Assembly: GCA_011390565.1 (NCBI GenBank) | Contig: JAABSC010000010.1 | Location: 3,107 to 67,106 of the forward strand | Direction of reading: 5' to 3' | DNA length: 64,000 nucleotides | From: Thioalkalivibrio paradoxus | GTDB lineage: Bacteria > Pseudomonadota > Gammaproteobacteria > Ectothiorhodospirales > Ectothiorhodospiraceae | Part shown: positions 43,699 through 56,518 of the stretch, in pieces | Numbering within the stretch: the first letter of the stretch is position 1 | Layout of the letters: every line of letters begins with the position of its first letter | Notes under the pieces: generated by a model | The model's database searches: none | Told to the model about the DNA's origin: nothing | Seen by the model: only the letters and a program-made list of their open reading frames with translations | Program-made: the position numbers and the translations under genes

Positions 43699-46281
43699 TC
43701 AGGAAAACTCCTCGCGCAGTCGATACAGGGTGTCGAGGGCTTCCCGGGGCGTCAGGTGGTCGAGGTCCAGAGCCCGCAATGCCTCACGCAGCGCGTCGTC
43801 GTCGCGGTTGTCATCCGCGCGGGAAGGCGCGCCGAACAGCGGGAGCTGCGGTGGTTCCCCGGCCGCGAGCGCGCGCGCCTCGAGTTCGCCGAGGTGCCGG
43901 CGGGCGAGTTTCAGCACCGGCGCCGGAACGCCGGCCAGCGCCGCGACATGCAGTCCGTAGCTCTGGTTGGCCGGACCCTCCTGGATCTGGTGCAGGAACA
44001 CGACCGTATCGCGGTGTTCGATCGCGTCGGTGTGCACGTTGGCGACCCCGTGTTCGCGTTCCGCCAGCGCGGTGAGTTCGAAATAGTGGGTGGCAAACAG
44101 CGTCATCGAGCGGTTATGCCGGGCAAGGCGCTCGGCGCAGGCGAGGGCCAGCGCGAGGCCGTCGAAGGTGCTGGTGCCGCGTCCGATCTCGTCCATCAGG
44201 ACCAGGCTGTCCGCGCCGGCGTTGTGCAGGATGTTCGCGGCTTCGGTCATCTCCACCATGAACGTCGAACGCCCCGACGCCAGGTCATCGGAAGCCCCGA
44301 TGCGGGTGAAGATGCGATCCACGGGGCCGATGCTTGCCGAGCGCGCCGGCACGAAGCTGCCCATGCAGGCGAGGATCACGATCAGGGCGGCCTGGCGCAT
44401 GTACGTGGATTTGCCGCCCATGTTCGGACCCGTGATCACCAGCAGCCGGCGCGACTCGGGGTCGAGGTGCAGATCGTTCGGGACGAACGCCTGTTCCTGC
44501 GCCGCTTCGACCACCGGGTGACGGCCCGCTTCGATCCGGATGCCCGCTTCCTCGACCAGGTTCGGACAGGTCCAGTCGCGGCGTTCGGCATGGTCCGCAA
44601 GCGTGCAGTACACGTCGAGTTCCGCCGCGGCATCGGAGAACTCCCGCAGGGTGGCCAGCGCTTCGCGCAACTCGTCCAGCAGCGCTTCGAACAGTTCGCG
44701 TTCCAGCGTCAGCGCGCGATCCCGCGCGGACAGGATCTCGTCCTCGAATTGCTTCAACGCCTCGGTGGTGTAGCGCTCGGTATTTTTCAGCGTTTGCCGG
44801 CGGACGAACCGAGCGGGAACCCGCTCCGATTGGCTGCGCGACACCTCGATGTAGTAGCCGTGCACGCGGTTGTAGGCCACCTTCAGCTGCGACAGTCCGG
44901 TGGCTTCGCGTTCGCGCGCTTCCAGGTCACGCAGGAAGCCCTCGGCATCGGTCTCGAGGCCCCGCAGGCGGTCCAGCTCCGGGTTGAAACCGGCCCGGAT
45001 CACGCCACCGTCACTGAGACGCAGTGGTGGCAATTCCTCCAGCGCTCCGGCCAGCAGGTCGGACAGTTCTCCGCGCGGCTGCAGGCGTTCCCGAAGCGAT
45101 GCCAGCGGTGATGGGGAAAGCCCGGTGGCGAGCGTCTCGGCCAGCGCCGGAAGCTTCTGCAGCCCCTGCAGCAGGGCCACCAGATCGCGTGGACGGGCGG
45201 TGCCGAGGGCAATGCGGCTGGTGATGCGCTCGCAATCGGCCAGCCCGGAAAGTTGGCGGTGCACAATGCCGTGCAGGCCCGTTTCCAGCAGTTCGCGGAT
45301 CGAGCCCTGCCGGGCCCGTATTCCGTCGCGGTCGCGCAGGGGCTGATTCAGCCAGCGTGCGAGCAGGCGGGAGCCCATCGCCGTGTGGGTGCGGTCGAGC
45401 AGCGCGAGCAGGCTTCCGTTCCGTTCGCCGGAGAGGGTTCGGTTCAGCTCCAGATTCTGTCGGGTCACGGCATCGAGTTGCAGGGTGCCCGCGCGGGACT
45501 CGCGACTGAGGCCCGTGAGGTGTCCGAGGTTCCCGCGATAGCGGCTCTGAACGTAGGCGAGCAGGGCCCCGGCAGCCGCGAGACCCAGCGTCAGATCGTC
45601 GCAGCCGAAACCGGAGAGATCACGGGTCCGGAAATGTTCGGTCAGGATCCGGCGGGCGGAGACCGGATCGAAATGCCATTCGGGAAGGCCCTGGCTGCCC
45701 GGAAGGGTGCCGGACAGGCTCTCGGGCACCAGCAGTTCCACCGGATCGAGCCGCGCGAGTTCGGCCTGGAGTTCCGCCCGGTCGGCGACCTCGAGGACGC
45801 TGAAGCGGCCGCTGGCGAATTCGAGAATGCCCAACCCTGCCGGCGCACGTCCCCGGTCGGCGACTCCCGGGCAGATCGCGACGATCAGGTTGGCCCGCCG
45901 GGCTTCGAGCAGGGCCTCCTCGGAGACCGTACCGGGGGTGACCACCCGAACCACCTCGCGCTGCACCGGGCCCTTGCCAGCGCCAACCTCCCCGGTCTGT
46001 TCGCAGACCGCCGCCGAGACCCCTTTCTTCAACAGTCGCGCGAGGTAGGTCTCCATGGTGTGGACGGGAATGCCGGCCATGGGAATCGGCTGGCCCGCGG
46101 ACTCGCCTCGGTGGGTGAGGGTGATGTCCAGCAGCTCCGCGGCCCGCTTTGCGTCCTCGTGGAACAGCTCGTAGAAATCGCCCATGCGGTAGAGCAGGAG
46201 GGTGTCCGGGTACTCCGCCTTGATGCGCAGGTACTGCCGCATCATGGGCGTGTGTCCCTCGAATGGATCTTGGCTGGTCAC
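43699..46281 (-). CDS. mutS: DNA mismatch repair protein MutS
   Basis: [43 protein letters not shown]; GTG start 46281 (the ORF-track extension looks spurious). Confidence 0.97.
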   Translation of the reverse strand: MTSQDPFEGHTPMMRQYLRIKAEYPDTLLLYRMGDFYELFHEDAKRAAELLDITLTHRGESAGQPIPMAGIPVHTMETYLARLLKKGVSAAVCEQTGEVGAGKGPVQREVVRVVTPGTVSEEALLEARRANLIVAICPGVADRGRAPAGLGILEFASGRFSVLEVADRAELQAELARLDPVELLVPESLSGTLPGSQGLPEWHFDPVSARRILTEHFRTRDLSGFGCDDLTLGLAAAGALLAYVQSRYRGNLGHLTGLSRESRAGTLQLDAVTRQNLELNRTLSGERNGSLLALLDRTHTAMGSRLLARWLNQPLRDRDGIRARQGSIRELLETGLHGIVHRQLSGLADCERITSRIALGTARPRDLVALLQGLQKLPALAETLATGLSPSPLASLRERLQPRGELSDLLAGALEELPPLRLSDGGVIRAGFNPELDRLRGLETDAEGFLRDLEAREREATGLSQLKVAYNRVHGYYIEVSRSQSERVPARFVRRQTLKNTERYTTEALKQFEDEILSARDRALTLERELFEALLDELREALATLREFSDAAAELDVYCTLADHAERRDWTCPNLVEEAGIRIEAGRHPVVEAAQEQAFVPNDLHLDPESRRLLVITGPNMGGKSTYMRQAALIVILACMGSFVPARSASIGPVDRIFTRIGASDDLASGRSTFMVEMTEAANILHNAGADSLVLMDEIGRGTSTFDGLALALACAERLARHNRSMTLFATHYFELTALAEREHGVANVHTDAIEHRDTVVFLHQIQEGPANQSYGLHVAALAGVPAPVLKLARRHLGELEARALAAGEPPQLPLFGAPSRADDNRDDDALREALRALDLDHLTPREALDTLYRLREEFS

Positions 46282-46388
46282 GTGAGGCGTATCGTCGCTT
46301 GGGTGAGCGTTTCGGTTGAAGTCGGGCGGATGCGGTGGGATTGTAGCGGGGTTCGCCGGCATGCACGGCGCATTCGGGGAGGGCGGCG

Positions 46389-46898
46389 ATGAATCCTTCG
46401 AATCCGGTCGGGATCGAGGACACCATCCAGGCACTCGCGACCCAGCTGCGGGGCCGCGGCCAGCGGCTGTGTACCGCGGAATCCTGCACCGGGGGCGGCA
46501 TTGCCGCAAGGCTGACCGACGTGCCCGGCAGCTCCGGCTGGTTCGAATGCGGCTGGGTGACGTACAGCAATGCCTCGAAGACGGGGCTCCTGGGTGTGGA
46601 AGCCGGGCTGCTCGAACGCTGGGGGGCGGTGAGCGCGCCGGTGGCCGCCGCGATGTGCGCCGGGGCTCTGGAGCGCTGCGCGGCCGATTTTGCGTTGTCC
46701 GTGACCGGGATTGCGGGACCGGAGGGCGGCACGCCCGATAAGCCGGTGGGACTGGTATGGTTCGGATGGATGCGCCGCGGTCGGGATCCACGGACGGCGT
46801 CCCGGGTCTTTCCCGGTGGACGGGGGGAGGTCCGGGCCGCGGCGGCCCTGTGGTCGCTGCACCAGCTGCTCGAATACGCCTCGGAGCCGAATCGGTAG
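46389..46898 (+). CDS. cinA: CinA C-terminal domain protein (NMN deamidase, PncC-like)
   Basis: [41 protein letters not shown]. Confidence 0.92.
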   Translation: MNPSNPVGIEDTIQALATQLRGRGQRLCTAESCTGGGIAARLTDVPGSSGWFECGWVTYSNASKTGLLGVEAGLLERWGAVSAPVAAAMCAGALERCAADFALSVTGIAGPEGGTPDKPVGLVWFGWMRRGRDPRTASRVFPGGRGEVRAAAALWSLHQLLEYASEPNR

Positions 46899-46909
46899 CG
46901 TGAAGAACC

Positions 46910-46980
46910 AGCCACGGAAACACACGGAAACAGAAGTTTGTTCGATGTCCTGTCCGCGTTCTTCCGTGGCTCGTGTTTTC
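46910..46980. repeat. CACGGAA-type palindromic intergenic element, copy 3
   Basis: AGCCACGGAA (46910-46919) / TTCCGTGGCT (46962-46971); spacer near-identical to copy 1. Confidence 0.88.
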
Positions 46981-46995
46981 CATTGCCAACGCCCA

Positions 46996-47127
46996 TGGAT
47001 CCCGGCTCTGCGCTTCGCTCCGGCCGGGATGACGTGGTGGGGCGTCCCCAAACCGTCACCCCGGACCTGATCCGATGACGTGGTGGGGCGTCCCCAAACC
47101 GTCACCCCGGACCTGATCCGGGGTCCA
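46996..47127. repeat. GTCA-type REP doublet containing a perfect 46-bp tandem duplication
   Basis: Minus-strand REP GTCATCCCGGC...GCCGGGATCCA (46996-47033); plus-strand REP GTCACCCCGGACCTGATCCGGGGTCCA (47101-47127); 47028-47073 is identical to 47074-47119. Confidence 0.9.
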
Positions 47128-47241
47128 CGCGGCGGGGGATTAGGGATGCAGGCCGCGAGGATGCTTTGGATGCAAATCCGGGTTATGGGATACTCCGGCC
47201 CCGTTGGAACGACCGAACTCACCAAGGAAAAGGAGGATCGC

Positions 47242-48273
47242 GTGGACGAGAATCGCAAGAAGGCGCTCACCGCTGCACTGGGGCAGATCGAACGGCAGTT
47301 CGGCAAGGGCGCCGTGATGCGGATGGGCGATGGGACCGCGGTGCGGGACGTCGAAGTGATCTCCACCGGATCACTGGCCCTCGACGTGGCCCTCGGTATC
47401 GGCGGTGTCCCGCGCGGTCGTGTCGTCGAGATCTACGGTCCCGAGTCCTCGGGCAAGACGACCCTGACGCTGCACGTCGTGGCCGAGGCCCAGAAGGCCG
47501 GTGGGACGGCGGCGTTCATCGACGCCGAACACGCACTCGATCCCGGCTATGCGCAGAAGCTCGGCGTCAATGTCGACGAACTGTTGATCTCCCAGCCGGA
47601 TACCGGTGAGCAGGCCCTCGAGATCGCCGACATGCTGGTGCGCAGCGGAGCGGTGGACGTGGTCGTGGTCGACTCGGTGGCGGCGCTGACGCCGAAGGCG
47701 GAAATCGAGGGCGAGATGGGCGACGCCCACGTCGGGCTGCAGGCGCGCCTGATGTCCCAGGCACTGCGGAAGCTGACCGCAAACATCAAGCGATCAAACA
47801 CTTTGGTGATCTTCATCAACCAGATTCGCATGAAGATCGGCGTGATGTTCGGCAGCCCCGAAACCACTACCGGGGGGAACGCGCTCAAGTTCTACGCATC
47901 GGTACGCATGGATATCCGGCGCATCGGTGCCATCAAGCGCGGCGACGAGGTGATCGGCAACGAGACCCGCGTCAAGGTGGTCAAGAACAAGATGGCGCCG
48001 CCGTTCAAGGAGGCCTTGTTCGAGATCCTGTACGGCGAGGGGATCTCGCGCCTCGGCGAAGTCATCGAACTCGGTGTCAAGGAAGGACTGATCGACAAGT
48101 CCGGGGCCTGGTACAGCTACAACGGCGAGCGCATCGGGCAGGGCAAGGAGAATGCCCGGCAATTCCTGAAGGAACACACCGAAATGGCGGCGGAGATCGA
48201 GAAATCGCTGCGCGAGCGTTTCCTGCCGGCGCGTCAGCATGCGCGGAACGAGACTGAAAGCGCCGAAGGATGA
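47242..48273 (+). CDS. recA: Recombinase RecA
   Basis: AGGAGG SD, GTG start, [24 protein letters not shown]. Confidence 0.99.
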   Translation: MDENRKKALTAALGQIERQFGKGAVMRMGDGTAVRDVEVISTGSLALDVALGIGGVPRGRVVEIYGPESSGKTTLTLHVVAEAQKAGGTAAFIDAEHALDPGYAQKLGVNVDELLISQPDTGEQALEIADMLVRSGAVDVVVVDSVAALTPKAEIEGEMGDAHVGLQARLMSQALRKLTANIKRSNTLVIFINQIRMKIGVMFGSPETTTGGNALKFYASVRMDIRRIGAIKRGDEVIGNETRVKVVKNKMAPPFKEALFEILYGEGISRLGEVIELGVKEGLIDKSGAWYSYNGERIGQGKENARQFLKEHTEMAAEIEKSLRERFLPARQHARNETESAEG

Positions 48274-48730
48274 TCCGCGGGCGGCCTACGATGCCGCGCT
48301 GCGCCTCCTGGCAAGGCGCGAGCACAGCCCGCTGGAACTGCGCCGGAAGCTGGAGCAGCGCGGCTTTCTCCCGGAGACGATCCACCCGGGTCTCGACCAG
48401 CTCCGTGAACAGGGGTACTTGAGCGAGACCCGGTTCGCGGAGTCCCTCGCGCGCCACCGGGTGTCCCAGGGCTACGGCGAATTGCGGATCCGGGCGGAAC
48501 TGCGCCAGCACGAACTGGGCGCCGAGCTGATCGGGCGGGCGCTGGAAGTGCTGGATGCGGATTGGCGGGCTCTGGCCGCGGCGCAGGCCCATCGCCACTT
48601 CGGCACGCTACCCGATCAACCGGCGGCGAGACAGCGCGTTCTGCGCTACCTGACCCAACGCGGATTCCCGCCCGCGGCCGCTCGCGCGGCCCTTTCCGGA
48701 AGCCCGGAAAGAGAGGATGTCGAGGGTTGA
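48239..48730 (+). CDS. recX: Regulatory protein RecX
   Basis: [37 protein letters not shown]; start uncertain. Confidence 0.93.
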   Translation: MRGTRLKAPKDDPRAAYDAALRLLARREHSPLELRRKLEQRGFLPETIHPGLDQLREQGYLSETRFAESLARHRVSQGYGELRIRAELRQHELGAELIGRALEVLDADWRALAAAQAHRHFGTLPDQPAARQRVLRYLTQRGFPPAAARAALSGSPEREDVEG

Positions 48731-48796
48731 AATTCGAGCAAGTGTTGCATTTGCGTGGTACCCTGTGCGTATTCGCAACACATGTATCGGACCCCC

Positions 48797-51412
<2,616 letters not shown>

Positions 51413-51528
51413 TCGCGCATCTGTTTCGGCGCAAGCGCTCGCGCCTTGCTTCCGGTCCGTACGCCAATATGAAATCTTTGAATACACTGTTCGACCATCT
51501 GCAGCCTCCGGGAGCATAGGGAGCCCCC

Positions 51529-52761
51529 ATGTCTTTGCTGGTACTGAAATTCGGCGGAACCTCGGTGGGTACGACGGACCGCATCCAGAATGTGGCCGAT
51601 CGCGTGCTGCGCCTGCGTGGCGAAGGACACGCGGTGGTGGTGGTTGTCTCCGCGATGAGCGGTGAAACCGACCGCCTCCTCGGACTGGCGCGGGCGATCC
51701 AGACGCGTGCCGAGGGCCGCGAACTGGACGTGCTGCTCTCGACCGGTGAGCAGGTCACCATCGCTTTGCTGTCCATGGCCCTGGAGGCGCGAGGATGCCC
51801 GGCGCGCTCGTACACGGGCGGGCAGGTCAGCATCGTCACTGACAGCGCGCACAACAAGGCCCGCATCCGGAGCATCGATGACCATCGCATTCGTTCGGAC
51901 CTGAATGCCGGGCGGGCGGTCGTCGTGGCGGGTTTTCAGGGCATCGACGAAGAAGGGGCGATCACGACTCTCGGCCGAGGCGGCTCGGATACCACGGCCG
52001 TGGCACTGGCAGCCGCGTTGAAGGCCGACGAGTGCCGCATCTACACCGATGTCGACGGCGTTTATACGACCGATCCGCGGGTGGTGAAACAGGCCCGCCG
52101 TCTCGAGCGCATCACCTTCGAGGAAATGCTGGAAATGGCCAGCCTCGGGTCCAAGGTGCTGCAGATCCGATCGGTGGAGTTCGCCGGAAAATACAACGTA
52201 CCGCTTCGGGTGCTCTCCTCGTTCGAGGAGGGCCCCGGGACGCTCATCACAACGGAGGAAGAGCGCGTGGAGCAGGCTTTGGTGGCAGGAATCGCGTTCA
52301 ATCAGAACGAAGCGCAGCTGACGATCCAGGGTGTGCCGGACCAGCCGGGGGTGGCCTACGCCATTCTGGGGCCCATCGCGGACGCCAACATCGAAGTCGA
52401 CATGATCGTGCAGAACATCGGGGCGGACAACACCACCGATTTCACCTTTACCGTCAACAAGAACGATTACGAGAAGGCGATGGAGGTGCTGGGGCGGGTG
52501 TCTTCAACCCTCGGCGCCCGGAAGGTCGCGGGGGATACCCAGATCGCCAAGATCTCGGTGGTGGGCGTGGGGATGCGATCGCATGCCGGAATCGCCAGTC
52601 GCATGTTCGAAACCCTGGCGCGCGAGTCGATCAATATCCGCATGATTTCCACCTCCGAGATCAAGATCTCCGTCGTGGTGGACGAAAAATACCTCGAGCT
52701 GGGCGTCCGTGCCCTCCATGATGCCTTTGAACTTGAGCGGGAACCTGCAGGTCAATCCTGA
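51529..52761 (+). CDS. lysC: Aspartate kinase
   Basis: [24 protein letters not shown], two ACT domains, STSEIKIS. Confidence 0.96.
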   Translation: MSLLVLKFGGTSVGTTDRIQNVADRVLRLRGEGHAVVVVVSAMSGETDRLLGLARAIQTRAEGRELDVLLSTGEQVTIALLSMALEARGCPARSYTGGQVSIVTDSAHNKARIRSIDDHRIRSDLNAGRAVVVAGFQGIDEEGAITTLGRGGSDTTAVALAAALKADECRIYTDVDGVYTTDPRVVKQARRLERITFEEMLEMASLGSKVLQIRSVEFAGKYNVPLRVLSSFEEGPGTLITTEEERVEQALVAGIAFNQNEAQLTIQGVPDQPGVAYAILGPIADANIEVDMIVQNIGADNTTDFTFTVNKNDYEKAMEVLGRVSSTLGARKVAGDTQIAKISVVGVGMRSHAGIASRMFETLARESINIRMISTSEIKISVVVDEKYLELGVRALHDAFELEREPAGQS

Positions 52762-52834
52762 GACTGGTAACAATGCACAGGTAACGGCAACCGGGCGACC
52801 GATACCGTCCGACACAGGCAGTGTGGAGAAGAGC

Positions 52835-53050
52835 ATGCTCATTTTGACTCGGCGCGTGGGCGAAACCCTGATGATTGGCGAGCAGATTTCCGTGACGGTT
52901 CTCGGGGTCAAGGGAAACCAGGTGCGTATCGGTATCAACGCCCCGCAGGATGTGGCCGTGCACCGCGAGGAAATCTACGAGCGGATTCAGCGCGAAAATC
53001 ATTCGGACGGCGGGGTTGAAGCCGACGAGCCCAAGGCGTCCGGAAGCTGA
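52835..53050 (+). CDS. csrA: Carbon storage regulator CsrA/RsmA
   Basis: [10 protein letters not shown]...[18 protein letters not shown]. Confidence 0.98.
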   Translation: MLILTRRVGETLMIGEQISVTVLGVKGNQVRIGINAPQDVAVHREEIYERIQRENHSDGGVEADEPKASGS

Positions 53051-53123
53051 CGCTCCGCGGCATTTGGGGCGCAACCGGGCCTTCCCATTTTCAGCCCAAC
53101 CCCGTATCCTTCCGACCCTGTTC

Positions 53124-53214
53124 GGAGAGATGGCCGAGTGGTCGAAGGCGCTCCCCTGCTAAGGGAGTATGGGTCAAAAGCCCATCGAGGGTTCGAATCC
53201 CTCTCTCTCCGCCA
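53124..53214 (+). tRNA. tRNA-Ser(GCT)
   Basis: GGAGAGA acceptor stem, anticodon stem CTCCC/GGGAG around CT-GCT-AA, long variable arm, GGTTCGAATCC, encoded CCA. Confidence 0.97.
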
Positions 53215-53254
53215 GTCATGAAAAAGGGGCCCTCAAGGGCCCCTTTTTCATGAC
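53215..53254. terminator. Bidirectional intrinsic terminator
   Basis: Perfect 18-bp inverted repeat GTCATGAAAAAGGGGCCC-TCAA-GGGCCCCTTTTTCATGAC with A/T tracts on both sides. Confidence 0.88.
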
Positions 53255-53265
53255 TGATGAAGGAC

Positions 53266-53454
53266 GATTCGAACCCTCGATAATCCAACACGATGGTTCG
53301 ACTACTCCGGCGCGCAGCGCCGGAGTAGGACGCCAGCTCCGCTGGCGCCCCGCAGGGGTGAGCGGCGAAGCCGCGAATCCATCCCTCTCTCGTGACGGTT
53401 TGGGCTGCCTCCCCGAAGGGGTGAGTGGCGAAGCCACGAATCCATCCCTCTCTC
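53266..53454. repeat. tRNA-derived structured repeat region
   Basis: 16-bp inverted copy of the tRNA T-arm region, several hairpins, and two 44-bp direct repeats (53348-53391, 53411-53454) ending in a tRNA-3'-like sequence. Confidence 0.8.
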
Positions 53455-53458
53455 CTGT

Positions 53459-56275
53459 CTACGCGTTCCCGACGCGGAGTTCATCCCGATCCTCGGTGCG
53501 ACGATCTCGGAGCAGTATTTCAACCAAAACCGAACCGTCTTCCGGCGGTTCCAGGTGGAAGCCCACCTTGCGGCAAACACGCTGCATGCCCTCGTTCTCG
53601 AAGAGAATCTCGGCCGTGATGCGCACGATTCCCTCTTCCCGTGCGATGTCCGTGAGACGTCTGAGCAGTTCGGTCCCGATCCCCTGCCGCTGATCCGCAT
53701 CGTTGATCAGCATCGAGAATTCCGCGTGGCTGCTGTCGTGCAGCCGACTCCAGCGTCCGACGCCGAGGATTCGATGTTGTCCATCAGTGGGGTCCCGATA
53801 GTCCACCACCAGGGCCATCTCGCGGTCATAGTCCGTGAAGCAGATGCGCCTGAGTCTTTCGTGCGCGACCCGCTGGCCCATCTGCATGATCTGGAAATAG
53901 CGGAGATAGACACTGCGTTCCGAGAGCGTCTGGTGGAAACTGACGATCAGAGGCTCATCCTCGGGCCGGATCGGTCGTATCGTGACCGTCCGCCCATCGT
54001 GCAGCGTCCATTCGGACACGTACTGGGCCGGATACGGTCGGATCGCCGGCGCCGGCAAACCGGTGAGGTCGTAGTCGGTGCCGTACAGCACCACGCGTGC
54101 ATCCAGGGCGTTGAACGTGCCCGTGCCCGCATCCCCGTTGCCCGGCGTGGCAAGAAGCGGGTTGATGTCGAGTTCGCGGATCTCCGGGTGCTCGACGATC
54201 AGTTGACTGAAGCGCACCAGCAGGTTTTCGAGTTGGGTCAGATCGACCGCGGGACGCCCGCGTACGCCCTTGAGGGCCTCGTGGATGCGCGTCTGTTCCA
54301 TCAACCTGCGCGCCAGGGTCGTGGTCAGGGGTGGCAGGGCCACCGCGGTGTCGCGCAGCACCTCCACCATCTGGCCGCCCGCGCCGAACAGCAGCACCGG
54401 CCCGAACTGGCTGTCCGGGCTGCTGCCCAGTATCAGCTCGTAGCTTTCGTCGCGGTCCACCATGGGTTGCACGGTCACGCCCTGAAAATGATGCGCACCG
54501 GCCCGCTCGGAGACGGATGCCTGAATTCCGGCAAAGGCCTCGGCAACCGCCCCGGCGTGCGTCAGGTTCAGGCGCACGCCGCCCACGTCGGTCTTGTGGG
54601 TCAGGGTCTCCGAGTGCAGCTTCACCACCACCGGGTAGCCGATGGCCTCGGCTTCCCGCACCGCGTCTTCGGCGGTTGTGGCAAGGCGTGTCTCGACCAC
54701 CGGGATGCCATACGCCTGGAGCAGTGCCTTGGACTCGAACTCGGTGAGCAGCGTCCGCCCGGTCCGTCGTGCCGCTCCCAGCAACTGGCGCACGCCCGCC
54801 TGGGCCACACCGTTTTCTTTCCGGCCCATCGCAAGGGTGGGCGTCTCATAGAGGGCCTGCAGGTTGCAGTGATGGCGCCACATCAGGTTGAACAGGTGTG
54901 CTGCGGCATCGGGTTGCGCGTAGGTGGGGATGCAACCCTGGTTCAGGATACTGGTGCCGGGATAAACCTCGGCGCCCCCCATCCAGCTGGCGAGCACGGG
55001 CTTTTTCAATCCTTCGGCCTCGCACTTGATCAGCTCTGCCGTTCGGGTCGGATCGGTCATGGCCTGCGGAGTCAGGATCACGAGCATGCCATCGGAATTC
55101 GGGTCTGCCGCTGCACGCTCGAAGGCCAGCGCATACCGCTCCGGGTCCGCGTCGCCGAGGATGTCGATGGGGTTGCCATGACTCCAGTGTGGCGGCAGCA
55201 CCTCGTTCAATGCGCTGACCGTGTCTTCGTGCAGCGGGGTCAGTTCGCCTCCGCCCTGGATCAGCGTGTCCGTACTCAGGACGCCGGGTCCGCCAGCATT
55301 GGTCAGGATCGTCAGGCGCGGACCCTGGGGCAGATGGACCTGTTTGGCGAGGACTTCCGCCACGTCGAACATTTCCGCGAGGGAATCGACGCGCAGGACG
55401 CCGCAACGGCGGAACGCGGCATCGAGCACACGATCGCTCCCGGCGAGCGAGCCGGTATGGGAGGCGGCGGCCTTGGCGGCGGCCTCGGTTCGGCCGGCCT
55501 TGATGACGATGATCGGCTTCGTCAAGGCCACCTCGCGGGCCGCGGACAGAAACTGGCGCGCATCCCCGATGCTTTCCATGTAGATGACGATGCTGCGGGT
55601 GTGCGGATCATCGCCCAGGTAGTAGATGAGATCGCCCCAGTTCACATCCAGCATGGAGCCGATCGACGCGAAGTTGCTGAAACCCACGTTCTCGCGGCGG
55701 CTCCAGTCCAGCACGGCGGTGCCAATCGCGCCGCTCTGGCTGATGAATGCGACATGGCCCGGTTGCGCCATCACGCCGGCGAAGGTCGCGTTCAATCCGG
55801 TGCGAGGGCTCATCACGCCCAGGCAGTTCGGCCCGATCAAGCGCATCGCACTGTTGTGCAGGGCCTGGCGGATCTCGTCTTCCAGGGCGACGCCGTCGGG
55901 ACCGATCTCGCGAAAGCCCGCCGAGATCACGATCGCGCCCCGTACGCCATTGGCGACACATTCACGGATCACGCCGGGTACGGTGGGAGCGGGCGTCGCC
56001 ACGATCACGAGATCCACCGTGTCCGGGACCTCCGCGATGGACGGGTAGGCCCGGATGCCGAGTACGCTGCGCTTCCTGGCGTTCACCGGGTAAACGGTAC
56101 CGCCGAAGGGGTGGCTGAGCAGGTTCCAGAGCAGGGTGCGGCCAACGCTTCCGGGCCGGTCGGTGGCCCCGATGAGGGCGATGGACCGCGGCGTGAAAAT
56201 CGCCCGCAGGTGCAGGTAGTCGGAACGCAGGATGTCGTAGGAGGGATCGGTGTTTGCGGCGCGGCTGACAGTCAT
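53459..56275 (-). CDS. NDP-forming acyl-CoA ligase-like protein fused to a C-terminal GNAT acetyltransferase (Pat/Pka family)
   Basis: [31 protein letters not shown]-grasp, ELDINPL, then IRPIRPED...[10 protein letters not shown]; start MTVSRA at 56275. Confidence 0.93.
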   Translation of the reverse strand: MTVSRAANTDPSYDILRSDYLHLRAIFTPRSIALIGATDRPGSVGRTLLWNLLSHPFGGTVYPVNARKRSVLGIRAYPSIAEVPDTVDLVIVATPAPTVPGVIRECVANGVRGAIVISAGFREIGPDGVALEDEIRQALHNSAMRLIGPNCLGVMSPRTGLNATFAGVMAQPGHVAFISQSGAIGTAVLDWSRRENVGFSNFASIGSMLDVNWGDLIYYLGDDPHTRSIVIYMESIGDARQFLSAAREVALTKPIIVIKAGRTEAAAKAAASHTGSLAGSDRVLDAAFRRCGVLRVDSLAEMFDVAEVLAKQVHLPQGPRLTILTNAGGPGVLSTDTLIQGGGELTPLHEDTVSALNEVLPPHWSHGNPIDILGDADPERYALAFERAAADPNSDGMLVILTPQAMTDPTRTAELIKCEAEGLKKPVLASWMGGAEVYPGTSILNQGCIPTYAQPDAAAHLFNLMWRHHCNLQALYETPTLAMGRKENGVAQAGVRQLLGAARRTGRTLLTEFESKALLQAYGIPVVETRLATTAEDAVREAEAIGYPVVVKLHSETLTHKTDVGGVRLNLTHAGAVAEAFAGIQASVSERAGAHHFQGVTVQPMVDRDESYELILGSSPDSQFGPVLLFGAGGQMVEVLRDTAVALPPLTTTLARRLMEQTRIHEALKGVRGRPAVDLTQLENLLVRFSQLIVEHPEIRELDINPLLATPGNGDAGTGTFNALDARVVLYGTDYDLTGLPAPAIRPYPAQYVSEWTLHDGRTVTIRPIRPEDEPLIVSFHQTLSERSVYLRYFQIMQMGQRVAHERLRRICFTDYDREMALVVDYRDPTDGQHRILGVGRWSRLHDSSHAEFSMLINDADQRQGIGTELLRRLTDIAREEGIVRITAEILFENEGMQRVCRKVGFHLEPPEDGSVLVEILLRDRRTEDRDELRVGNA

Positions 56276-56518
56276 GGGGATCCCGGGGGCTGAGTCAGTT
56301 GGTTGGATGGGTGATGCACGGCCGGTGTGTGCGCTGGCGTGTCCAGGACGAGGCGGTATTTGCGCTAGCCGGCCATGTTGCAACGCAGCATACCAAAGTA
56401 CCGGGTTCGGCAACACCGACCGTCCGTACACCCGAGCCTTCGGACCCCACGCGACGGGTCCCGCGCACCGTGCATCCATTGCGTCCAACGCCCGTCCGGG
56501 CAGGAAAGCACGTTTGGG

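Noticed and set aside
46282-46989. Long N-terminal extensions given by the ORF track (mutS to 46989; similarly mscS, Pat, pgm, cfa and recA)
   Set aside because: The extensions are low-complexity, overlap opposite-strand genes or repeats, and precede the recognisable family N-terminus
47028-47119. 46-bp repeat as a CRISPR array
   Set aside because: Two directly abutting identical units with no spacer; explained by REP duplication
51413-51528. Lysine riboswitch upstream of aspartate kinase
   Set aside because: The 116-bp gap is too short and lacks L-box motifs
53255-53454. A second tRNA gene (for example tRNA-Arg) after tRNA-Ser
   Set aside because: No cloverleaf, anticodon arm or CCA; only fragments of the T-arm and 3' end
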